Positions 51,116 to 58,531 of a DNA stretch of 64,000 nucleotides are shown here, in pieces (within the stretch, counting starts at the first letter, position 1; every line of letters starts with the position of its first letter). The stretch comes from Flavobacterium sp. Lineage in GTDB: Bacteria > Bacteroidota > Bacteroidia > Flavobacteriales > Flavobacteriaceae. The stretch spans positions 77 to 64,076 of the forward strand of contig NZ_JAPZUB010000056.1 in NCBI RefSeq assembly GCF_027533505.1. The letters are read 5' to 3'. The notes under the pieces are model-generated. The model was not told where the DNA came from. It searched no databases and was given only the letters and a program-made list of their open reading frames with translations. Both the position numbers and the translations under genes were made by a program.

Positions 51116-52570
51116 ATGAAACTGGTATGGCTTAAACGCGACTTACGCTTGCAGGATCACGAAGCTTTATTTCGTGCCTTAGAAAGCAAGGAAAAAGTCC
51201 TTTTGCTGTATATTTTCGAACCCTCCCTGCTGCAGGATTGCCATTACAGTGTGCGCCATTTTGATTTTATCCGACAAAGTTTACAGGATTTACAACAGGA
51301 GCTTCTGCCCTACCATACGCAAATATTGGTCGTGGAAGAGGAAGCCACGAGTGTATTTCAAAAGCTGATAGACCGGTGTTGTATCACTGGTGTTTATTCG
51401 CATCAAGAAACGGGTATCCAACGAACTTTTCATCGGGACATCGCTGTGGCCGAATTGTTGCGTGCTAATGGCATTCCCTGGTTTGAATACGTTACCAATG
51501 GTGTCATTCGGGGCTTACGAAACCGACAAACCTGGAAAGAAGATTGGTATGATTTTATGGAAAAACCATGCTTTCCCTTCAGCGCCAACGGTCGATCGTT
51601 TGTAAAATACGCTGAAATCGAAAAGCTAGAAATTCATTTTAAAATTCCCTCCCTAGAAACTCCCTCCGACACCCCTTTTCAAAAAGGTGGGCGTCGTATG
51701 GGATTGCGCTACCTGCAATCCTTTTTACAAGAACGGGTTGAAAATTACAGCCGCCATATTTCCAAACCCGAATTGGGACGCAAAGGGTGTAGCCGTTTAT
51801 CACCCTATATTGCGTGGGGGAACGTATCCATACGGGAAATTTATCAATGGACATGGAACACCCGTCAAAAAGGAAAATTCAAACGTCAAATCGACAATTT
51901 TGCCTCCCGTTTGCGCTGGCAAGCCCATTTTATTCAAAAATTTGAAATGGAATGTTCGATGGAATTTCATCCCGTCAACAAAGGCTATATGCACATTCAA
52001 CTTCCCGTTAATACGGCCTATCATGAAGCTTGGTGCACGGGGCAAACGGGAGTTCCTTTGGTCGATGCCTGCATGCGCTGTTTGAATACTACGGGCTACC
52101 TTAACTTTCGAATGCGGGCGTTGGTGGTTTCGTTTTACACCCACCATTTGATGCAACCTTGGCAAAATTGCAGTCCCCATCTCGCCCAGCAATTTTTAGA
52201 TTTTGAACCGGGCATTCATTATCCACAAATCCAAATGCAAGCGGGCGTTACGGGTGTAAACATGATTCGCATTTACAATCCTATCAAAAATTCGATGGAG
52301 CATGATGCCGAGGGCACGTTTATTCGCAAATGGGTACCCGAACTGCGGAATATTCCAGCGCCGTTCATTCATGAGCCTTGGAAACTAACGCCTATCGAAC
52401 AAATGCTGTATCACTTTGAACCGGGCTATGACTATCCTTTTCCCATTGTTCCCTTGGAAGAAGCTCAAAAAGCTGCTACCGATTTTTGGTGGGGACTGCG
52501 CAAAAAAAACGAAGTTCGCAAAGACAGCAGCCGGGTTTTAGCCAAACATACCTTCCCCGATCGCGATTAG
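51116..52570 (+). CDS. Second cryptochrome/photolyase-family FAD-binding protein
   Basis: Motifs [47 protein letters not shown] and RIYNP. Confidence 0.85.
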   Translation: MKLVWLKRDLRLQDHEALFRALESKEKVLLLYIFEPSLLQDCHYSVRHFDFIRQSLQDLQQELLPYHTQILVVEEEATSVFQKLIDRCCITGVYSHQETGIQRTFHRDIAVAELLRANGIPWFEYVTNGVIRGLRNRQTWKEDWYDFMEKPCFPFSANGRSFVKYAEIEKLEIHFKIPSLETPSDTPFQKGGRRMGLRYLQSFLQERVENYSRHISKPELGRKGCSRLSPYIAWGNVSIREIYQWTWNTRQKGKFKRQIDNFASRLRWQAHFIQKFEMECSMEFHPVNKGYMHIQLPVNTAYHEAWCTGQTGVPLVDACMRCLNTTGYLNFRMRALVVSFYTHHLMQPWQNCSPHLAQQFLDFEPGIHYPQIQMQAGVTGVNMIRIYNPIKNSMEHDAEGTFIRKWVPELRNIPAPFIHEPWKLTPIEQMLYHFEPGYDYPFPIVPLEEAQKAATDFWWGLRKKNEVRKDSSRVLAKHTFPDRD

Positions 52571-53223
52571 ATACGAGTCGCCATTGCTTCAAACGAAAGT
52601 TCGTCAAAATGTTTGACTACCCAATCGGCTCGACTATAATCTTGATTTTTCGAATGAAAGCTGTCGTACCCAATGCAAAATACTCCAGCGCCTTTGGCCG
52701 CTGCAATGCCGTTGGTACTGTCTTCAATGACCATACATTCCTGCGCTTGGTGTTGCGACAACCGAACCGCCTCTAGAAATATTGCGGGATGCGGTTTGGA
52801 CTGCGGAAAATCTTCACCCGAAACAATATGCGTAAAATAGGGAAACAATTGAAAGCGATTAAATACCCTCTGAATCGTGACTTTGGCCGAGGAAGAGGCT
52901 AAAATAAGTTGGATATCATTCGCTTTGAGTTCCTTGATTAAACGTTCTACGCCATCGAGCAGCGTCAAATCGTCTTTATGGTCAAAAGCGTCGTTAAACA
53001 AATCGCGTTTGGCTTGCACTAATTCTTCAACGGATTGGGATAGTTCAAATTGCGCTTTTAGTTTTTGAAAAATATTCTTGGTGGAATTACCTGTAAATGA
53101 GGCATACAAGTCGGGCGAAACGGTAATCCCTAATTGATTAAAAAGTTGGTGATACGCAAAATGATGCACGGGCTCGGTATCAACGATTACCCCATCCATA
53201 TCAAAAATAACAGTTTTGAGCAT
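52567..53223 (-). CDS. HAD-superfamily phosphatase (beta-PGM-like)
   Basis: Motifs [22 protein letters not shown] and IEDSTNG. Confidence 0.9.
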   Translation of the reverse strand: MLKTVIFDMDGVIVDTEPVHHFAYHQLFNQLGITVSPDLYASFTGNSTKNIFQKLKAQFELSQSVEELVQAKRDLFNDAFDHKDDLTLLDGVERLIKELKANDIQLILASSSAKVTIQRVFNRFQLFPYFTHIVSGEDFPQSKPHPAIFLEAVRLSQHQAQECMVIEDSTNGIAAAKGAGVFCIGYDSFHSKNQDYSRADWVVKHFDELSFEAMATRI

Positions 53224-53720
53224 TAGCTTTGTTTGAAGAGTTGGATTAAATAATAAAAAATAGTCCCAAAAAGCGCTATCAAAATACCCCCAATGACATA
53301 AGCCGTCCCCGAAAAATCAGGATGCAAAGCAACTTGTACCGTTTGCCATTGAATAGCCGCAAAAATCCCGACCAGAACCACTTTCAAACTGCGCATCATT
53401 TGCAAAGCCCAACCGTAGAGTCGCGGCGCATTATCGGTAGTCACCTTAACCGGATAATTAAACCATTCGGGATGACGCCCTAGGAAGGTAAGCAAAACAT
53501 ACAACGCTGTCCCTACGGCCACTTCTATTAGAAAAAACACTTTCCCGCCATAGCCGTCGGGATTGCCCTGGCCGTCAAAATGGATGGCGATCGTTTCGGG
53601 CAACTTTGGGTACATGAGGAGGGCGTATATCCAAGAACCCAACAAAAGGAAAAGCGCCAATACTTCTAGTAGACGATCGGTGGCGGTGAGTGGAACTAGG
53701 ATTTTGGGAGGGTGTGCCAT
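53223..53720 (-). CDS. DUF1648 membrane protein
   Basis: LPETIAIHF...G.PDGYG and FNYPV plus TM segments. ATG 53720 is coupled to the tcdA stop (TAATG). Confidence 0.8.
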   Translation of the reverse strand: MAHPPKILVPLTATDRLLEVLALFLLLGSWIYALLMYPKLPETIAIHFDGQGNPDGYGGKVFFLIEVAVGTALYVLLTFLGRHPEWFNYPVKVTTDNAPRLYGWALQMMRSLKVVLVGIFAAIQWQTVQVALHPDFSGTAYVIGGILIALFGTIFYYLIQLFKQS

Positions 53721-54436
53721 TATTTTTTCAACAAATAACGTACAACGGTTTCTGCGGCATGGAGTCCAAACAAACAAGGCATCCAAGAATTCGTTCCGTA
53801 AAACGATTTTTTAAAATTGCTTCCGTCGGTATGTTTTACACTATCATAATCCGGACGTTCGCTGGAGTAAACCACTTTGATACCCCCTGAAATTCCTTCC
53901 TTTTTAAGGCGTTTCCGCACGTGTTTGGCCAAGGGACAGTAATCGGTTTTGCTGATATCGGTGACTTTTACCTTAGCTGCCAAATATTTTCCACCTGCAC
54001 CCATATTACTGATTACTTTGACGCCTTTGCGTTTGGCGGCCAATAATAAATTCAATTTGGGAGTTACACTATCGATACAATCTAAGACATAATCAAACTC
54101 AGGCGAAACCAATTCAAAGGCCCGTTCGGGTGATAAAAACTCTTTCAAAGGAGTCAATTCCAATTCGGGGTTGATGTCCCACAAACGCGCGGCCATAAGT
54201 TCAACTTTAGGTAAACCTACTGTAGAATGCAACGCGGGTAATTGCCTGTTAATGTTGGTGATATCTACGACATCGCCATCCACAATAGTCATTTTTCCGA
54301 CGCCTGCACGCGCTAAAAATTCGGCGGCAAACGAACCTACGCCTCCCAAACCTACTACCAATACATTTGCCTGACGTAATTTTTCTAAACCTTCCGTCTT
54401 AAATAATAGTTCTGCACGTTCTTGCCAAACAGCCAT
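53720..54436 (-). CDS. tcdA: tRNA threonylcarbamoyladenosine dehydratase (ThiF family)
   Basis: Motifs GLGGVGS, DGDVVDITNINRQ, DCID and SNMGAGG. Confidence 0.9.
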   Translation of the reverse strand: MAVWQERAELLFKTEGLEKLRQANVLVVGLGGVGSFAAEFLARAGVGKMTIVDGDVVDITNINRQLPALHSTVGLPKVELMAARLWDINPELELTPLKEFLSPERAFELVSPEFDYVLDCIDSVTPKLNLLLAAKRKGVKVISNMGAGGKYLAAKVKVTDISKTDYCPLAKHVRKRLKKEGISGGIKVVYSSERPDYDSVKHTDGSNFKKSFYGTNSWMPCLFGLHAAETVVRYLLKK

Positions 54437-54446
54437 GATTTTAGAA

Positions 54447-54502
54447 TTATGAGTTATGAATTATGAGTTATGAGTTATGAGTTATGAGTTATGAGTTATG
54501 AA
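54447..54502. repeat. Heptamer tandem array (TTATGAR)x8
   Basis: Eight contiguous 7-mers: six TTATGAG and two TTATGAA. Confidence 0.95.
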
Positions 54503-54509
54503 TGGACTG

Positions 54510-54517
54510 CAAAAATA
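54510..54517 (-). promoter_or_regulatory. -7 promoter box (TATTTTTG) for tcdA, between two heptamer arrays
   Basis: CAAAAATA on the plus strand matches TAnnTTTG. Confidence 0.55.
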
Positions 54518-54530
54518 AGGATTTGGTGGG

Positions 54531-54607
54531 AGAAGAAAGAAGAAAGAAGAAAGAAGAAAGAAGAAAGAAGAAAGAAGAAAGAGAAAAGAGAAAAGAGAAA
54601 AGAGAAA
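54531..54607. repeat. Heptamer tandem array (AGAAGAA)x7 followed by (AGAGAAA)x4
   Basis: Eleven contiguous purine-only 7-mers between the tatD stop and the tcdA promoter. Confidence 0.95.
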
Positions 54608-54635
54608 AGACTCTTGCAGCGCAGCGGTCTTGCTT

Positions 54636-55277
54636 CTATTTCCCAAACACCTGCGCTACATTCCGTTGGATTTGTTGTTGGAGCTCGTTGACTTCCACAT
54701 TACGATAAAGGGCGGCTTGGGCATATACCGCGGCGATAGATACCTCTAGGGTATCGGTTTCCAGAAAAAAGCGATCCTTGGGAACCGTCAAAAACGTTTC
54801 GCGAAGGTCGGGATTGTGTAACAAGTATTTCCCAAACGAAAGGTATAATCCATGCCGCACGAGCTCTTGGGCCAATTGGGCGCTTTTGGAAAATCCATGA
54901 ACTATTAAAGGAACGGAAATATTCAGTTGTTTTTTTATCGAAAGTAGTTCTTGAAACGCCCCAACTAGGTGAAGCACAACCGGTTTTTGATGGTGTTCTG
55001 CCAATACAAGGTGGGCTTTAAAGACGTCGCACTGTAGGTCAAAGGGCACCTCAATACGTTTATCCAAACCGCACTCCCCTATAGCCCAACAGCCCTTTTG
55101 TGTGAGGTGTTGCGCCACAATATCCAAATGTTCGGGCCATTTTTTTTCATCAATATACCAGGGATGAATCCCGATGGAGTACACCGGTGATTTTCCCTCA
55201 AAAGCCCAAGGATATTCATTGACAAGTTCGACCACTTCGGGCGAGTTTGTATAACGATGGGTGTGTAGATTGAACAT
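54636..55277 (-). CDS. tatD: TatD-family hydrolase
   Basis: Motifs NLHTH, GIHPW, IGECGLDK, HGF and FLETD. Confidence 0.9.
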   Translation of the reverse strand: MFNLHTHRYTNSPEVVELVNEYPWAFEGKSPVYSIGIHPWYIDEKKWPEHLDIVAQHLTQKGCWAIGECGLDKRIEVPFDLQCDVFKAHLVLAEHHQKPVVLHLVGAFQELLSIKKQLNISVPLIVHGFSKSAQLAQELVRHGLYLSFGKYLLHNPDLRETFLTVPKDRFFLETDTLEVSIAAVYAQAALYRNVEVNELQQQIQRNVAQVFGK

Positions 55278-55464
55278 GAAACAAGCATTAACGATTACGT
55301 CACCTTCCTTTTTGATCGGTTGTGGCCATTGAAATCACTAACGAAAGTACGTAAAGATTTTTATTTTTTGGAACATGAATTTGAGAGTCGTTTGTAGGAA
55401 CGTCTATTTCTTATTAAAAATGCACCCATTACAATTGCCAAAAAGGCATTTTTATTGTGCTTTT

Positions 55465-55568
55465 TTTGAACGTTTTCTTCGAACGTTGTTCGGACGTTCT
55501 TCGGGACTTGTTCGGCAAAATGCCGTTTTTCGGGGGTTTTTCCGAACAAGTCCCGAACAAGTCCCGAA
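55465..55568. repeat. 11-mer repeats forming an inverted repeat
   Basis: TTCGAACGTTG/TTCGGACGTTC/TTCGGGACTTG on the left. TTCGGGACTTGTTCGG (55500-55515) is the exact reverse complement of 55542-55557 and of 55553-55568. Confidence 0.9.
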
Positions 55569-55586
55569 GGAGGTGGTGTGGATTTA

Positions 55587-55703
55587 GCCCCCTAGCCCCC
55601 AAAGTGGGGATTAGTTGATGGTTGTCGGTTGATGGTTGTTAGAAGTTGGTCTTGAAACTTCGCGAGGGATTTGGAATTTGATTTTTGAAATTTGAATTTT
55701 TGA
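55587..55703. repeat. REP-like CCCC/GGGG hairpin plus two degenerate heptamer arrays
   Basis: GCCCCCTAGCCCCCAAAGTGGGGA at 55587-55610, four NRGTTGW units at 55612-55639, and five ATTTGAA-like units at 55669-55703. Confidence 0.65.
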
Positions 55704-55759
55704 TTGATATTGGCATACTGCTTCTATTTAACTCTTTACTTTTTGTCTTGACAGAGGTG

Positions 55760-56110
55760 AGTCGTTGGACGTATGAGTGACTAGTGATTAGTGACTAGTC
55801 GTTAGACGTTAGACGTTAGACGTTAGTTAAGGAGGACATGTTAGCACGCCCATTTCTAATTTATAATTCAACATTTAAAATACCTCCAAAAAGGGGTCTT
55901 TGTTCTTTCTTCTTTGTTCTTTCTTCTCAACTTAAAAGTCGTTAGAATTTAGAGTAATTAGTGATTAGTGACTAGTGATTAGTCGTTAGACGTTAGACAT
56001 TAGACGTTAGTCAAGAAGGACGTGTTAGAAAACCCATTTATAATTTAAAATTCAACATTTAAAATACTTCCAAAGAGGGTCTTTGTTCTTGCTTCTTTGC
56101 TCTTTTTTCT
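55760..56110. repeat. Two tandem roughly 170-bp direct repeats, each a mosaic of four heptamer arrays
   Basis: Copies at 55760-55927 and 55937-56110. Each has the order (TAGTGAY)n, (GTTAGAC)n, spacer, (ATTTAAA-like)x4, spacer, (CTTTSTT)x4. Confidence 0.92.
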
Positions 56111-56148
56111 AAAACAAACGATTCAGCCTTTGAATGACTCACAATATC

Positions 56149-56176
56149 AGTTGCTTAGCTTCTCAGCGGCTTTTTT
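56149..56176 (+). terminator. Terminator-like hairpin upstream of the integrase promoter
   Basis: AGTTGCT...AGCGGCT stem with G-U wobbles, followed by T6. Confidence 0.4.
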
Positions 56177-56229
56177 AATAAACGGTTTAGTGGTTCAGCT
56201 TCTCGATGATTTTTTACTTCATTTTTTTG

Positions 56230-56237
56230 TATATTTG
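56230..56237 (+). promoter_or_regulatory. -7 promoter box (TATATTTG) for the integrase
   Basis: Ends 19 nt before ATG 56257. Confidence 0.6.
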
Positions 56238-56256
56238 TCATTCAACTACACGCCAT

Positions 56257-58005
56257 ATGACTTTAATTATTCGAAAAATTGAACACAAAGGAGCGGTACG
56301 CATTGGCATTTTTTTTGAAAGGAATAATGCGATACAGCAACAATTAAAAGGGATTGGAGCTACCTATAGCAAGACGTTTCAATGTTGGTATATTGATTAC
56401 AACAAAGCAGCGTATCAACAGCTAAAAATTTTATTTCCCGATTTACAAATACAGCAACCGGTGGCCGGCGAAACGAGTAGCCGTGACCTTCCACCCATAG
56501 CCCAAAGCGAACTTCAGTTAGGTTTACCTCCTTTGGTAAACAACCCTGAACCTATAACGAACAAGGCTTCGTTAGCCCATAAGTTGCGATTAGAATTATT
56601 ACCACCCTTGGGGAAATATTGGGTTTTTAAAATTCGGTATGTGCAATCGGTTGTGAATCAACTTAAGTTGGTAAAAGGCGTATATTGGCATTCGACGTAC
56701 AAAGTATATATGGCCAATCGGCATCCGAAAGTGAAAGAAGCGGTGGAACGTATTTTGGAAGTTTCCAATTTTTTTCCTGAAAACTATTTGGAAAAAGAGG
56801 TTGTTTTTGAAGGCAAGTCGATTGTTTTGCGTCCACACCTTGAGAATGTGAAATGGATGCAGGTGTATGTTCCTGCACAATTGGTGTTATTGGAAAAAAT
56901 AAAACGCATTTCGATGGTTCGGTACAGTAAACCGAATGCTTGTTTTTTATTGCCTGCAACCCCAGCTGTTGTTAATGCATTAGTGGTACATTTTGAACCG
57001 CATCGTGTTGTGATTCAATCGGAATTGCCTCAGGGATATGTAAACCGACGAAATGTTGTTAATAAAAAGCAACTTGATTTGGCGCGAACAAAATCACATT
57101 TGTTTTCCAAACTTCCTGAGCCGGCACATTATTTTGTTTCCAATTACATGGATACGTTAATGGCGGTGAATTATAGTGTTTCAACCATTCGTACTTATAC
57201 ACAACAATTTTTACAATTTTTACGCGATTTTGAGTACAGAGACCCCAAGGATATCACGTATAAAGAAACGGTTCGTTATTTAGCCTCCTTGATGGAACGC
57301 GGATTGAGTGCAACCTCTGGTCATGCGATGGTGAATGCATTGCTGTTTTATTATAATCAGGTGGAACAAATACCGGGTTATGAATTAAAACTACCTCGGC
57401 CTAAAAAGGAAAAAAAGTTGCCTACTGTTTTGACAAAGGAAGAATGTTTATTGCTTTTTGGGGTGGTTGAAAATCCGAAGCATAAGTTATTGTTATTAAT
57501 TGGTTATGGAGCGGGTTTACGCGTGAGTGAAATTGTGAATTTAGAGTGGCGTGATATTCTGTTTGCGGAACACAAGATTCACATCAGGAATGCGAAAGGA
57601 AAGAAAGATAGAATGGTGATGTTGCCTATGCGTATAGTTCGTTCATTGGAATACTATAAAGAGACGTATCAAACCAAAAAGTACGTATTTGAGGGGCAAT
57701 TTGCAGGTGAGCCCTATTCTGTGCGAAGTGTTCAGGAGGTTATGCGAATGGCATTAAAGAAGACTGGTTTGGAGAAAAAGGCCACGGTACATTCGTTACG
57801 ACATAGTTTTGCTACACATTTGCTGGAGCATGGAACGGATATTCGATATATTCAGCAGATATTGGGTCATTCGAGTATCAAGACCACAACGATTTACACG
57901 CATATTAGTGCAAGTGCTATGAATAAAATCATCAGTCCATTGGATCAGATTACCGAACAAGAATATGAGAAAAAAAGTGAATACGAATTGAAACCTAAGA
58001 AATAG
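56257..58005 (+). CDS. Tyrosine recombinase (integron-integrase-like / Xer-like) with a long N-terminal extension
   Basis: SAM-like segment NYSVSTIRTY and catalytic set GLRVSE, AKGKKDR, HSLRHS, LGH and TTTIYTH. The ORF opens at 56206; 582 aa from ATG 56257. Confidence 0.92.
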   Translation: MTLIIRKIEHKGAVRIGIFFERNNAIQQQLKGIGATYSKTFQCWYIDYNKAAYQQLKILFPDLQIQQPVAGETSSRDLPPIAQSELQLGLPPLVNNPEPITNKASLAHKLRLELLPPLGKYWVFKIRYVQSVVNQLKLVKGVYWHSTYKVYMANRHPKVKEAVERILEVSNFFPENYLEKEVVFEGKSIVLRPHLENVKWMQVYVPAQLVLLEKIKRISMVRYSKPNACFLLPATPAVVNALVVHFEPHRVVIQSELPQGYVNRRNVVNKKQLDLARTKSHLFSKLPEPAHYFVSNYMDTLMAVNYSVSTIRTYTQQFLQFLRDFEYRDPKDITYKETVRYLASLMERGLSATSGHAMVNALLFYYNQVEQIPGYELKLPRPKKEKKLPTVLTKEECLLLFGVVENPKHKLLLLIGYGAGLRVSEIVNLEWRDILFAEHKIHIRNAKGKKDRMVMLPMRIVRSLEYYKETYQTKKYVFEGQFAGEPYSVRSVQEVMRMALKKTGLEKKATVHSLRHSFATHLLEHGTDIRYIQQILGHSSIKTTTIYTHISASAMNKIISPLDQITEQEYEKKSEYELKPKK

Positions 58006-58018
58006 TTACATAAATTTG
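57988..58018 (+). promoter_or_regulatory. Consensus promoter TTG-N20-TAAATTTG overlapping the integrase 3' end (Pc-like)
   Basis: TTG at 57988-57990 and TAAATTTG at 58011-58018 match Bacteroidota -33/-7 spacing. Confidence 0.6.
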
Positions 58019-58042
58019 AATATATTTACTAGTTACAAGCAA
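58003..58042 (+). other. Candidate attI-like recombination site
   Basis: TAGTTACA is repeated at 58003 and 58030; G|TTACAAGCAA begins at 58032. The site function is inference. Confidence 0.4.
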
Positions 58043-58200
58043 CCCTAAAAGACCGACAGTGCGACCATCAAACGACAGAAAAAAAAGCCACCGCACATTT
58101 TAGCACATTTGGTCTTGCCCGACACACAAGCCAACCCTTCGCAAAACCAAAAGAGCTAAAATTTTCCTACCGCACGGACTGACATTCCGAAAATAAGTAT

Positions 58201-58225
58201 TAAATTTGACCAGTTTTGTCAAAAC
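58201..58225 (+). promoter_or_regulatory. -7 box overlapped by an inverted-repeat operator upstream of the Xre gene
   Basis: TAAATTTG at 58201-58208, TTTGAC-N7-GTCAAA at 58205-58223, and GTTTTG-T-CAAAAC at 58213-58225. Confidence 0.55.
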
Positions 58226-58237
58226 ACATATTGTCTT

Positions 58238-58531
58238 ATGAGTAACTTTGGTGACCTAATACGAATAGCAAGAGAAGAGAAAGGTTTGTTCCTGCGACAA
58301 GTTGCAGCTGAACTGGACATTGACCAAGCTATCATTAGCAAATTTGAACGCAACGAACGCAAGCCGACAAAGGAACAGGTTCTGAAATTTGCTAAGTTCT
58401 ATAAGCTCGACAAGGAAACTTTATTAGTTGAGTGGTTAAGCGACAAAGTAGCTTACGACCTGCAAGACGAGAATTTGGCTGACAAAGTTTTGAAAGCTGC
58501 TGAACAGAAAATTAAATACAAGAAAAAGTAA
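58238..58531 (+). CDS. Xre-family HTH regulator (controller-like)
   Basis: REEKGLFLRQVAAELDIDQAIISKFERNERKP HTH_3 pattern; TAATG-coupled to res. Confidence 0.9.
   Translation: MSNFGDLIRIAREEKGLFLRQVAAELDIDQAIISKFERNERKPTKEQVLKFAKFYKLDKETLLVEWLSDKVAYDLQDENLADKVLKAAEQKIKYKKK

Noticed and set aside
54491-54708. K/E/R-rich ORFs (54491-54691 and 54502-54708)
   Set aside because: They are translations of the purine heptamer array, and they run antisense into tatD.
55361-55587. Short ORFs on both strands over the 11-mer repeats
   Set aside because: They are by-products of the repeats, with no domain signal or operon context.
55760-56110. Possible CRISPR array
   Set aside because: There are only two long degenerate units, no constant repeat with unique spacers, and no cas genes in the window.
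56257-58005. Classical IntI integron integrase
   Set aside because: It lacks the IntI-specific insertion, and no canonical attC (RYYYAAC...GTTRRRY palindrome) is visible in the window. It is reported only as integron-like.
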